This document shows, in pieces, positions 26,986 through 35,844 of a stretch of DNA of 56,124 bases. The stretch is from a virus (Duplodnaviria; Caudoviricetes), in IMG/VR virus record IMGVR_UViG_3300009168_000013, positions 1 to 56,124 of that record, one strand, 5' to 3'. Below the pieces are notes generated by a model. It was given only the letters and a program-made list of their open reading frames with translations, was not told where the DNA came from and searched no databases. The translations under genes and the position numbers were made by a program. The first letter of the stretch is position 1; every line of letters begins with the position of its first letter.

Positions 26986-27296
26986 TGGCCCGCCGTCCCC
27001 GCTCCATCCCCGCCCGGGTCGCTGCGGCGACCCCGGCGCAGGCCTTCAACGCCTACTTCGGCGTGGCCGACGAGGTGTACGAGGCGATCCTCTCGGGCCG
27101 CCCGCTCAACGAGCCCACGCTCGACTTCATGGCCCCCGGCCTCACGCTCGCCGACCTCGACAACTTCTGGGTCGCCCTCGCGCAGCGGGCCGCCACCGAC
27201 CTCGACCTGCCCTGGCCGCCGTACCTCCCGGCCGCCGAGGAGTGGGCACTCGACCACCGGGACCTCCTCCTGGCCCTCGACAAGGACCCGGCATGA
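26985..27296 (+). CDS. Hypothetical protein
   Basis: TGATG coupling. Confidence 0.65.
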   Translation: MARRPRSIPARVAAATPAQAFNAYFGVADEVYEAILSGRPLNEPTLDFMAPGLTLADLDNFWVALAQRAATDLDLPWPPYLPAAEEWALDHRDLLLALDKDPA

Positions 27297-27460
27297 CCGC
27301 CGACCCGCTCCTCCTCGTCTACCTGCCCCGCTCGGTCGTGCTGCGCCTGGCGGAGTGGCACGGCGAGGCCGCCCTCGACGCCGACGGCGGGGCTGACGAC
27401 CTCGACCACGCCGTCATCGCCGCCGCCTGCACCGCCGCCCTGGACCCTCTCCGCCCCTGA
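27293..27460 (+). CDS. Hypothetical protein
   Basis: ATGA overlap. Confidence 0.6.
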   Translation: MTADPLLLVYLPRSVVLRLAEWHGEAALDADGGADDLDHAVIAAACTAALDPLRP

Positions 27461-27615
27461 CCAGCGGGGATTCCCGCCGGTTGGAAGAATGAGCCGTTCG
27501 GCCTAGCCAAGGCGCAAAGGACGGGCTAGCCTCCCTGCCCTGCCCGCCGTCTGGCGGAGCCCCGAGGGACCTAGGCACGGCCCCCCGGGGCAGACAACCT
27601 GAAAGGGAGGTTGCC

Positions 27616-28422
27616 GTGCCCAACGTTACGATCCCGGCGTCCATCGAGGACGCCAAGGAGCGCCTGGAGGGCCTGGGCGCCCTCCTCACGGCGAGGGGCT
27701 GGGAGAGGGCTGCCATCGTGTTCGCCTTCACCGCCCCGCAACAGGGTCGCCGCAACATCGGCGGGAACCCGCCGAAGTTGACGATCCGAGAGTTCTGCGC
27801 CCTCGGCATCACCGGCCTGCGGGACCACGAGGCTGTTGCCTTCCACCGCCGCACCGTCGAGCAGGCGATCAGGGACGGCCTCATGGTCGAGCCGGTCCCC
27901 GGCGCTCGCCTGGTGCTCCCCACCGTCACCTACCCGCCGGAGACGAACGGGCAGGGCGCCCAGCCCAACGCTGGAGGTCGTGGCGACCCGGTCGCCGTGG
28001 AGCGTCGGGCGGCGGCCGACCCGGACTACGCCCGGGACGTGGCTGAGCGTCTGGCCCGGGTCGCCCCCGATCCTGTGGCGGAGGCCGTGGCCGAGCACCG
28101 ACCGGCCCGAGAGGCCACCTTCCGGGCCTCGGCTCGGCGCCTGCCGGAGCAGCCCTTCACGTCTCCGCCGGTCGTCGGCGACAGCGAGGCTGTCGGGCTC
28201 ATCATGGAGGCCGACGCCATCGTGCGCCGCATCGACACCCAGGTCTACGCCGCCACCCTCCACCTGGAGGCTCATCGGGAGGCCTGGGGCGACGGCGCCT
28301 TCGGGACGCCCTTGCAGCGGCTCCGAGAGAAGGCCGAGCGCCTGACGACGCTGGTGGACCTGGCCTCCGGGCTCACCGAGGGCGACCTGGCGGCTCTCCT
28401 GGCGGATGGTGGTGACGCATGA
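27616..28422 (+). CDS. Hypothetical protein (possible DNA binding)
   Basis: SD GGGAGG before GTG; structured leader. Confidence 0.7.
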   Translation: MPNVTIPASIEDAKERLEGLGALLTARGWERAAIVFAFTAPQQGRRNIGGNPPKLTIREFCALGITGLRDHEAVAFHRRTVEQAIRDGLMVEPVPGARLVLPTVTYPPETNGQGAQPNAGGRGDPVAVERRAAADPDYARDVAERLARVAPDPVAEAVAEHRPAREATFRASARRLPEQPFTSPPVVGDSEAVGLIMEADAIVRRIDTQVYAATLHLEAHREAWGDGAFGTPLQRLREKAERLTTLVDLASGLTEGDLAALLADGGDA

Positions 28423-28895
28423 CCACGCGCATGAACATCACCTGCGACTGGCAGAACCCTCGGACGTTCCTCGACCGCACGGCGGCCGGGATGATGGACG
28501 CCGTGACGGCGACCACCGGCCGGGTGCTGGTGCGGGACGTGGACGCCGCCATCCTCCGGCACGGCGGCCGGGTCAACTTGAAGGCTGACGCCATCAAGGC
28601 GCTGCACAACGGCGGGCACACGATCACCTGCCGCAAGGCTCGCCACCTTTCGTCCTACCTCTACATCGGGACGGCCAGCGAGTACGAGGAGTACCGGCTC
28701 CGCCTCGTGGACGATGGCTACTCGCAGACGATCAGCACCGTGCGGCTCCTCGCCGGGGCCGTCGCGCAGGCGCCCTCGGACCCGCTGATCGCCAGCGTCC
28801 ACGCCACGCTGGAACTGGCGGCCATCAACCTCGGCCGCATGAAGGTTCCGGCCCTCTCCACGGCTGAGGTGCTGGCCGACTGTCAGGTCATCTAG
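28419..28895 (+). CDS. Hypothetical protein
   Basis: ATGA overlap. Confidence 0.7.
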   Translation: MTTRMNITCDWQNPRTFLDRTAAGMMDAVTATTGRVLVRDVDAAILRHGGRVNLKADAIKALHNGGHTITCRKARHLSSYLYIGTASEYEEYRLRLVDDGYSQTISTVRLLAGAVAQAPSDPLIASVHATLELAAINLGRMKVPALSTAEVLADCQVI

Positions 28896-28930
28896 CGCCC
28901 CCGCCTCCGGGCGGCTAGGGTCCCGAGTCC

Positions 28931-29320
28931 ATGACCACGGCCCCTGCCCGCCCGGAGGAGAGCGCCGACTTCGTCGCCTTCTACCAGGCCTTCCCCCGCC
29001 ACGTCGGACGCCCAGCCGCTCTGCGGGCCTGGCGCACCGCCACCAAGACCACCGAGCCCGCCGTCATCATCGGCGGGCTCCTCTGCGCGATGGCGGAGTT
29101 GCTCGGCCGCCCGCCGCAGTACCGGCCCCACCCGGCCACCTGGCTCAACCAGCGGAGGTGGGAGGACCCGGTGCTCGCCCCGGTCGGCGTCCCCAACCGG
29201 CACCTCGCCTCGTCTCGCCCGGGGCTGGAGCCCGACCTGGCCGCCGTGCTCGACGGCACCGCTCCGCCCTCGGCCGCCTCCCTGTTCCGCCCTCGCCCGG
29301 CTCCGGCGCTCGATGCCTGA
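28931..29320 (+). CDS. Replication initiator C-terminal-like domain protein
   Basis: F..FY..FPR.VG...A.RAW and HPATWLNQRRWED motifs. Confidence 0.7.
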   Translation: MTTAPARPEESADFVAFYQAFPRHVGRPAALRAWRTATKTTEPAVIIGGLLCAMAELLGRPPQYRPHPATWLNQRRWEDPVLAPVGVPNRHLASSRPGLEPDLAAVLDGTAPPSAASLFRPRPAPALDA

Positions 29321-30035
29321 CCACGCCGAGGCCGTCGCCAACCTGATCGCCATGCTGCGCCGGGGCTACGCCCCCGGGTGGACGCCCTGGACCGACCTGG
29401 AGGCCACCCAGGCCGCCGCCATGTCGTCGGAGTGGATGGACGCCCTCGCCCCGTTCGGCGCCGACGTGCTCGCTGTCGCCTTCGCCCGCCACATGGAAGG
29501 GGAGGACGGTGCGCGACACCCGTCCCTCATCGCCGTCCTGCGCCTCGCGCAAGAGGTCGCCCGGGAGCGGGCCTCGGCTGGCGGGCCTGCGGCCTCGGCC
29601 ACCTGCGACGGCTCCGGCTGGCTCCCGCCTCCTGACGGGCCGTGCCCCTCGTGCGCCCCGGCCCTCTACGACCTCTGGCGGGACCCTGACCGCTGGGCGG
29701 CCTACACCCGGGGCACCCACCTCTCGGTGCTCCACCCCGGCGTGGAGTTGCTCCGGGGCGGCGGGACCCGGCTGCGCGATCGGGTGACGCCCCGGCCGTG
29801 CTCGCCGAGCCCTGCCGAGACGGTGTACCCGGTCGGGCGAGTGCTGGCCGCCGCCCGGGCAGAGGTCGTCGCCTGGGTCGCTGAGCACCCGCCTCGGCCC
29901 CGCACCGGCAACCGGGGCTACGACCTGGCTGTCGCCCGGGCTCATGCCGCCGACCGGGCGGAGGTCGGCTCTGTTGCTGTCCACAACGCTCTCCACAACC
30001 TGACCACAGGCCCGGCTCCGCCAGTGGACGACTAG
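29313..30035 (+). CDS. Helicase loader/inhibitor-like protein with Zn finger (putative)
   Basis: Follows the initiator; W.DAL helical N-terminus; CDGSGW...CPSC. Confidence 0.45.
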   Translation: MPDHAEAVANLIAMLRRGYAPGWTPWTDLEATQAAAMSSEWMDALAPFGADVLAVAFARHMEGEDGARHPSLIAVLRLAQEVARERASAGGPAASATCDGSGWLPPPDGPCPSCAPALYDLWRDPDRWAAYTRGTHLSVLHPGVELLRGGGTRLRDRVTPRPCSPSPAETVYPVGRVLAAARAEVVAWVAEHPPRPRTGNRGYDLAVARAHAADRAEVGSVAVHNALHNLTTGPAPPVDD

Positions 30036-30043
30036 CGCGCAAG

Positions 30044-30286
30044 GTGCGCTGGGCCGAGGTGCGCGAGGTCGTCCTCGAACGGGACGGCGGCTGTCGGGCT
30101 CGCCTCCTCGCCCCCGGCCGGTGCTCCGGCCACGCCGAGGTGCATCACCTCCGCCGCCGCTCCCAGGGCCGTGACGACTCGCCCGACAACCTCATCGCCC
30201 TCTGCTCCGCCCACCACCGCTGGGTCACCGAGCACCCGCAGGCTGCTCACGACCTCGGCCTCGCCCGCTGGTCGTGGGAGAGGTAG
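30044..30286 (+). CDS. HNH endonuclease
   Basis: VLERDGGC..EVHH..RS.G..NLIALCSAHH. Confidence 0.85.
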   Translation: MRWAEVREVVLERDGGCRARLLAPGRCSGHAEVHHLRRRSQGRDDSPDNLIALCSAHHRWVTEHPQAAHDLGLARWSWER

Positions 30287-30295
30287 CGTCCGGCC

Positions 30296-30481
30296 ATGCT
30301 CCTCGCAGACATCGCCTCCGGCGAAGTGGACGCCGCCGACATCTTCTTCCTCCTGGCGACCATCCTCGCTGTCGTGGCAGGCGTGCTGGCCCTGGCCCTC
30401 CCGACGCTGGCGCCCCGGGTCATCACCGCCTTCATCGCCTTCGCCATCGCCTGCACGGCCTTCGCCCTCCTCCTGCTCTGA
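30296..30481 (+). CDS. Small two-TM membrane protein (holin candidate)
   Basis: Two hydrophobic helices; leaderless after TAGCGT. Confidence 0.6.
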   Translation: MLLADIASGEVDAADIFFLLATILAVVAGVLALALPTLAPRVITAFIAFAIACTAFALLLL

Positions 30482-30675
30482 TGGGCCGGAGGCGACGGCG
30501 GCCTCGTCGCCCGGCGCCTCGCACCGCCGACCTCCTCGTCCATTGGGCCTGGCAGGTGATCGCCAACGCCTCCTGGGACGACGCCACCCCGGAGTGGCGG
30601 GACGCCGCCGTCACCTGGCGGGACGCTTACCACCGCTACCTCGACGCCTTGCCCCCGCCGCCACCGGGCGGCTAG
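30481..30675 (+). CDS. Hypothetical protein
   Basis: TGATG coupling; AW.VIANA..W..AA..WRD.YH. Confidence 0.55.
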   Translation: MGRRRRRPRRPAPRTADLLVHWAWQVIANASWDDATPEWRDAAVTWRDAYHRYLDALPPPPPGG

Positions 30676-30684
30676 GGTCGCCTG

Positions 30685-30930
30685 GTGACCACGCATCCCA
30701 CCGGCGATGCCCTCCTCGATGCCCTGGAGGCCGCCGCCTCCGTCGCCATCGAGGAGTGCGAGGACTACGAGCACCTCGGCGCCGCCCTCTCCACCGTCGA
30801 GGACCTGGCCGACCGGATCATCGCGCAACGCCACGCCCTGTTCGCCGTCCCTGACGACGTCGCCGCCCGCCGCCTCCGGCTCCTCCACCCCGGCGACCCG
30901 TCCGGCGCTCCCGGCGAACTCGGCTCCTGA
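30685..30930 (+). CDS. Hypothetical protein (leaderless)
   Basis: TAGGGT 6 nt before GTG. Confidence 0.6.
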   Translation: MTTHPTGDALLDALEAAASVAIEECEDYEHLGAALSTVEDLADRIIAQRHALFAVPDDVAARRLRLLHPGDPSGAPGELGS

Positions 30931-31021
30931 TGACCCGGGCTCAGATCGTGCTGCTCCTCCGGGCCGTCGCCTCCCTGGCGACGCTCCTGGCTGACCACCT
31001 CGAAGCCGCCCCGGTGTACGC

Positions 31022-31156
31022 ATGACCGGCATCGTCCCCGACGAAGGGACCTGCGACGGCTGCGGCAAGTGGCTCTCCAGCGACGACGGCTACGTCGTTA
31101 TCGAGGACGGTGTGCGCTACCGCTTCTGCGACGAATGCCCGGAGGACGACGCATGA
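31022..31156 (+). CDS. Small Zn-ribbon protein (44 aa)
   Basis: CDGC...CDEC; ATGA overlap with the methyltransferase. Confidence 0.55.
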   Translation: MTGIVPDEGTCDGCGKWLSSDDGYVVIEDGVRYRFCDECPEDDA

Positions 31157-32124
31157 GGCCCCTGTTCCCCTACTTCGGCTCCAAGGGACGTGCCGCTGCC
31201 CTCGTCTGGGAAGCCCTGGGCGACCCCGACCTGTACCTGGAGCCCTTCGCCGGGTCGCTCGCCGTGCTCCTCGCCCGGCCCTCCGTCCCCCGGGTGGAGG
31301 TCGCCGTCGACACCGACGGGCTCATCGTCAACTTCTACCGCACGCTCCGCTCCGACCCGGGTGCCCTCCTCGACGCCGTGCCGCTCCCGGTCGCCGAGGT
31401 CGACGTCTGGGCCGCGCAAGTGAGGCTGATCGAGCGGGCCGAGGGCCTCACCGAGCACCTGCGGACGTCGCCCTACTACTTCAACGCACCGCTGGCGGGC
31501 CTCTGGTGGTACGGCGTCTCCTCGTGGCTGGGCTCGGGCTTCCCTGGTCGGCGCCCGGCCCGGCAGCGTCCCCACATCGACCGCTCTCTCAAAGGACTCC
31601 ACGCCCGGGGCATGCACGACGACCGGGTGCTCTCCGTCGCCGCCCGCCTCGCCAACGTCGTGCTCCTCGCCGACGACTGGCAGGAGGGCTGGCTGCGCGT
31701 GTTCGGCGGGGCTCGCAACCCTGACTCGGTCATCGACCGCTGGGCCAAGCACGATCCTCCGGGCTCGGTCGGCGTGTTCCTCGACCCGCCCTACGCCCGG
31801 GTCACGGCGGGCTCGGCCCGCTCCGGCGGCCTGTACCGCCGGGAGTGGGACGCCGACATGACGGCCCGGCTGCGCGCATGGTGCGTCGACCACACCGAGA
31901 TGCCGCACGTCTCGGTCGTGCTCGCCGGGTACGACGACGAGTACGAACTGCCCGGGTGGAACGGCGTGGAGTGGCACGCCCCCAACGGCTACGCCCAGGA
32001 GGGCAACGCCCGTCGCCACCGTGAGGTGCTCCTGATGAACCCGGCGGCCTGGCGCCGCTTCGAGGGCACCCACCTCGCCCCCGGCGTCCACCCCAACCAG
32101 ATGCACCTGGAGCCGCTGTCGTGA
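31153..32124 (+). CDS. DNA amino-methyltransferase (Dam/D12-like)
   Basis: PYFGSK, YLEPFAGS (SAM binding) and FLDPPY (catalytic) motifs. Confidence 0.88.
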   Translation: MRPLFPYFGSKGRAAALVWEALGDPDLYLEPFAGSLAVLLARPSVPRVEVAVDTDGLIVNFYRTLRSDPGALLDAVPLPVAEVDVWAAQVRLIERAEGLTEHLRTSPYYFNAPLAGLWWYGVSSWLGSGFPGRRPARQRPHIDRSLKGLHARGMHDDRVLSVAARLANVVLLADDWQEGWLRVFGGARNPDSVIDRWAKHDPPGSVGVFLDPPYARVTAGSARSGGLYRREWDADMTARLRAWCVDHTEMPHVSVVLAGYDDEYELPGWNGVEWHAPNGYAQEGNARRHREVLLMNPAAWRRFEGTHLAPGVHPNQMHLEPLS

Positions 32125-32498
32125 CCGACACCATGCACGTCCTCTCCCAGGCGGAGGTGGAGCACCAGATCGTCCAGGTGGACTCGGCCCTCGCCGCCGA
32201 GACGGCCCGGTACGCCGGGCTGGCCGAGGCCGCCGCCGACGCCGAAGCCGACTACAAGTTGGCCCAGGCTCAGGGCGCCATGACGATCGCCGCCCGGGGC
32301 GACCCACCGGCCAACCGGGGCGGCCCTTCCGTCGCCGAGAAGGACGCTGAGGTGCTCCTCGGCTGCCACCGGGAGTACCGCTCGCACCTGCTCCTCGCCG
32401 CCCGCCTGGACGCCACCCGGGAGGCTCTCCGCTCGCTCCGCACCCGCCTCGACGCCCTGCGGACCATCGCAGCGAACATTCGGGCGGCTGGCGGCTAA
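32121..32498 (+). CDS. Coiled-coil hypothetical protein
   Basis: GTGA overlap; LDALRTIAANIR end. Confidence 0.7.
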   Translation: MTDTMHVLSQAEVEHQIVQVDSALAAETARYAGLAEAAADAEADYKLAQAQGAMTIAARGDPPANRGGPSVAEKDAEVLLGCHREYRSHLLLAARLDATREALRSLRTRLDALRTIAANIRAAGG

Positions 32499-32507
32499 GG
32501 TCGGGCC

Positions 32508-32750
32508 GTGACCGACACGCCCCCGGTCGACGACGACTTCGGCGACTTCACCGACGACGACGCTGTCGACTCCGCCCCGCCCGACGCTGAGGCCCTCGCC
32601 CGCCGCTTCTACGCAGAGCGCCACCGCCTCGCCCCCGACCCGACCCGGGCCGCCTCCCTCGACGACCTCCACCCGTTCGAGCGCGCACTGGTCGTCTACG
32701 TGTTCGCCGTGCTGATCGTGCGGCTCGCCCGGGAGTGGCGGCCCACCTGA
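32508..32750 (+). CDS. Hypothetical protein (leaderless)
   Basis: TAAGGT 6 nt before GTG. Confidence 0.6.
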   Translation: MTDTPPVDDDFGDFTDDDAVDSAPPDAEALARRFYAERHRLAPDPTRAASLDDLHPFERALVVYVFAVLIVRLAREWRPT

Positions 32751-33127
32751 TGGGCGCCATCTGTCGGGAATACATGGGCTACCGGGACCCCAAGGGCTAC
32801 GGGCAGCGAGCCCGGGGCCGCTGGGGCACCGGCCAGGTCCACCGGCAGGTGTGGATCATGGCCTTCGGCCCGATCCCGCCCGGCCTCGTCGTCATGCACA
32901 CCTGCGACAACCCGCCCTGCTTCCTCCTGGCCCACCTTCGTCTCGGGACGACGACCGAGAACCAGGCCGACATGGCCGCCAAGGGACGGGGCAGGCCCCG
33001 GCTCCTGCCCGACGACGACCCCTGCTCCGAGTGCGGCCTGCCCCGCTCCCGCCGTCCCGACGGGCGGCTCCGCTGTCTCCCCTGCCACGCTCGAAGGAGG
33101 GCCGAATCATTGGCGCCATCTGGCTAG
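32750..33127 (+). CDS. Free-standing HNH homing endonuclease
   Basis: GYG..HR..W..GPIP.GL.VMHTCDNPPC...HLRLGT..EN..DM. Confidence 0.88.
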   Translation: MGAICREYMGYRDPKGYGQRARGRWGTGQVHRQVWIMAFGPIPPGLVVMHTCDNPPCFLLAHLRLGTTTENQADMAAKGRGRPRLLPDDDPCSECGLPRSRRPDGRLRCLPCHARRRAESLAPSG

Positions 33128-34029
33128 ACGGCTCGACCCCCGGCTACCCCAACCTGCTCTCCGTCCTGACGTCGGGCGGCATGTCGGCCTCCGGCTACCC
33201 GGGCTGGGAGCGCAACTCGCGCAGCAGCGGCGGCTTCGAGCAGTTGCTCGGCATCGTCGCCCACCACACCGCCTCCGACACCTCTCCCGCCAACGACCTC
33301 AACTACATGGTCAACGGCCCGGACAACCCGATCAGCAACGGCCTCCTCGACCGCTCCGGCCACTTCACGATCATCGCCGGGGGAGCCTCCAACCACGCAG
33401 GGAAGGGCGGCGGCTCGGCGGAGGGCGGCGGCACCACCTGGCACTGCTCCAAGGGGACCGTCCCCGCCGACTCCGGCAACTCCCGCTGCTTCGGCATCGA
33501 GGCCGCCAACAACGGCGTCGGCCAGCCCTGGCCGCAGGACCAGCAGGACGCCTACACGCTGATGTGCGCCCTCCTCTCCAACGCCTACGGCCTGGTGATG
33601 CCCTCCGACCTCCGAAGCCACGCAGAGTGGTCGCCACCCCGCAAGATCGACCCTCGTGGCCCCGCCAAGTGGCAGCCCGCCAACGCCAACTCCCCCTGGG
33701 CGATGGACGGCTTCCGCTCCGACGTCGCTGCGCGCATGGTCGGCGTGCCGCCCGGCCCCTCCCCGACTGGAGACTTGATGCTCACCCTGTTCCACTCCAA
33801 GCAGTTCAACGCGAAGTTCATGGGGCTGGTCGACTCCCGGGGCTTCGGCCACACCGTCTCCTGGGTCGACAACGAGTCGATCTACAACTGGTACAAGAAC
33901 GACCTCAAGACCCGGATGCAGGAGGTGGCCCTCTCCGACATGGGCAACCTGTTCCTCGTCGGCATGCTGCCCGAGGGCGACGCCCTGCACACCTGGGTCC
34001 CCTCCGACTTCGCCCCCTGGTCACACTGA
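33109..34029 (+). CDS. Endolysin, N-acetylmuramoyl-L-alanine amidase (probable ATT start)
   Basis: HHTAS, NHAGKG, GIEAAN and HAEWSPPRKIDP Zn-amidase motifs; SD AAGGAGG 8 nt before ATT 33109. Confidence 0.85.
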   Translation: MGAIWLDGSTPGYPNLLSVLTSGGMSASGYPGWERNSRSSGGFEQLLGIVAHHTASDTSPANDLNYMVNGPDNPISNGLLDRSGHFTIIAGGASNHAGKGGGSAEGGGTTWHCSKGTVPADSGNSRCFGIEAANNGVGQPWPQDQQDAYTLMCALLSNAYGLVMPSDLRSHAEWSPPRKIDPRGPAKWQPANANSPWAMDGFRSDVAARMVGVPPGPSPTGDLMLTLFHSKQFNAKFMGLVDSRGFGHTVSWVDNESIYNWYKNDLKTRMQEVALSDMGNLFLVGMLPEGDALHTWVPSDFAPWSH

Positions 34030-34078
34030 GGCAGCCATGCCAGGTGGCGATCCGCCGCTCAGCGGCTATGCTGAGCCC

Positions 34079-34375
34079 ATGCCTACCGCAACCCTCTCCA
34101 CGCCCACCCGGCGGCGCAACCCTCGTGGTCAGCCGCTCACGCCCGAGGCCCGCTCCCTCCTCGTCGACCTGACCCAGACGCAGCACCGCATCAACGAAGG
34201 TGCGCGCATGGTCGCCGAAGGTACGGAGGCCCGGCGCCGCCTGCTCTGGGACCTCTACCACGAGCGGGGCATCAGCCAGACCGACCTCGCCGAGTGGCTC
34301 TCCGCCGCCGGGGAGCCCATCGGCCCCGACCTCGTGCAGAAGGCGCTCCGGGCCGTGCGGGAGACGGGCCTGTAG
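34079..34375 (+). CDS. HTH-like DNA-binding protein
   Basis: GISQTDLAEWL..VQKAL; leaderless after TATGCT; heads the modification operon. Confidence 0.6.
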   Translation: MPTATLSTPTRRRNPRGQPLTPEARSLLVDLTQTQHRINEGARMVAEGTEARRRLLWDLYHERGISQTDLAEWLSAAGEPIGPDLVQKALRAVRETGL

Positions 34376-34379
34376 CCCG

Positions 34380-35000
34380 ATGGCTGTCCTGGCTCAGACC
34401 TACGAGCCTGCCTGCCCCATCGACTCCCTCTCCGAGCACCCCGCCAACCCCCGGGTCGGCGACATGGAGGCCCTCGGCGAGTCGATCCGGGTCAACGGCT
34501 TCTACGGGGCCGTCGTGGCGCAGGTGTCCACCCGCCACGTCCTGGCGGGCAACCACCGCCTCCGCAAGGACGCCGAGCAGGGCGCCACCACGATCCCGGT
34601 GCTCTGGGTCGACGTGGACGACGACCTGGCCCTCCGCATCCTCGTCGGCGACAACCGCTTCCCGGCCCTCGCCGGGTACGACGACTCCGGGCTGGCCCGG
34701 CTCCTCGGCTCGCTCCTCGGCGTGCCCGCCGGGCTCCTCGGCACCGGCTACTCGGCCGACGCTGCGGACCTCCTGCTGCGCCTCCTGGCCGAGGGGGACT
34801 CGCATGGTGCTGTCGCCCCGGGGCTGACGCCGGGGGAGCGAGAGGAAGCCTGGGCGGCCTCTGCGATGCAATCCCTGGTGCTGCCCTACCCGCCCGCCGA
34901 CCACGACGCCGTCGCCTCCGCCATCGACGCCGCCGGGCACCCTGCGGAATCACGCTCGGACACGGTGCTGCGCCTCCTCCGGGCGGCCACCAGTGCGTGA
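34380..35000 (+). CDS. ParB/Srx N-terminal domain protein 1
   Basis: HPANPR.GD, SI..NGF, VLAGNHRL and DNR motifs. Confidence 0.82.
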   Translation: MAVLAQTYEPACPIDSLSEHPANPRVGDMEALGESIRVNGFYGAVVAQVSTRHVLAGNHRLRKDAEQGATTIPVLWVDVDDDLALRILVGDNRFPALAGYDDSGLARLLGSLLGVPAGLLGTGYSADAADLLLRLLAEGDSHGAVAPGLTPGEREEAWAASAMQSLVLPYPPADHDAVASAIDAAGHPAESRSDTVLRLLRAATSA

Positions 35001-35844
35001 GGTCGCCCTGTACCGCTGCCCGGTCAACGTCGCCCCTCGCTCGCAGGCCGACCCCCCGGGGCCAGGTGCTGTCGTGCTCGACGGCGACGTGCTCCTGCGG
35101 GACGCCGACTCCGGGGCCGCCGTCGCCCTCCAGGCTGTCGCCGCCCGAGGCCCCGCCACCATCATCGCCTCGCTGCTGCGCCACCTGGCCTGGGCGGAGC
35201 GCGCACCCCGGTACGGGGCCGTGGCGACGGGGGAGTCTCGCCTCTCGGGCATCGCCGTCTCCAACAGCGTGTTCGGCGCTCTCCCGCCGGTGCCGCTGCG
35301 CCGCCGGTACGGCTGCTGCCGGGCCGCCCTCGACACCGACCGGCCCGACCTCGTCTCCCACCTCTCCCATGTCGCCGTGCTCTCCGCCGCCCTCGCCGCC
35401 GACGTCCTCCCCGACGAGTTCGCCGCCTGGGCCGCCGCCGTGGAGGCCCGGGTCCCTGCGGCCTGGCGCATGGCCGACACCCTCTGGACCTCCGGCGTCA
35501 TCAACAACAACTCTGCCCACCCCTACCACCGGGACGCCTCCAACGTCCGGGGCTCCTGGTCGGCGATGCTCTCGATGAAGGCGCACCTGGAGGGCGGCTG
35601 GCTCCACCTGCCCGACTACGGCTGCTACCTCGCCGTGCCCGACGGCGCCCTCACCCTGTTCGACGGCGGGCTCCTCCTCCACGGCGTCACGCCCTTCCGG
35701 CTCACCAAGCCCTCCGGGTACCGCTTCACCGTCGTCTACTACGCCCGGGCCGGGCTCTCCGCCTGCGCGCAAGACCCGGCGGAGGAGCCTGCGAGAGCCG
35801 CGAGAGTCGCCTACGAGGCCGCACGAGCCCGGGTCCAGCCATGA
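34993..35844 (+). CDS. TET/JBP-family 2OG-Fe(II) dioxygenase
   Basis: WTSGVIN, YHRD (HxD), GG.L.LP, LHGVTP (distal H) and RFTVVYY (2OG Arg). Confidence 0.85.
   Translation: MREVALYRCPVNVAPRSQADPPGPGAVVLDGDVLLRDADSGAAVALQAVAARGPATIIASLLRHLAWAERAPRYGAVATGESRLSGIAVSNSVFGALPPVPLRRRYGCCRAALDTDRPDLVSHLSHVAVLSAALAADVLPDEFAAWAAAVEARVPAAWRMADTLWTSGVINNNSAHPYHRDASNVRGSWSAMLSMKAHLEGGWLHLPDYGCYLAVPDGALTLFDGGLLLHGVTPFRLTKPSGYRFTVVYYARAGLSACAQDPAEEPARAARVAYEAARARVQP

Noticed and set aside
32750-33123. Group I intron in the lysin gene
   Set aside because: The 359-bp insert is entirely HNH coding sequence with no room for a ribozyme core; RT-PCR would settle it.
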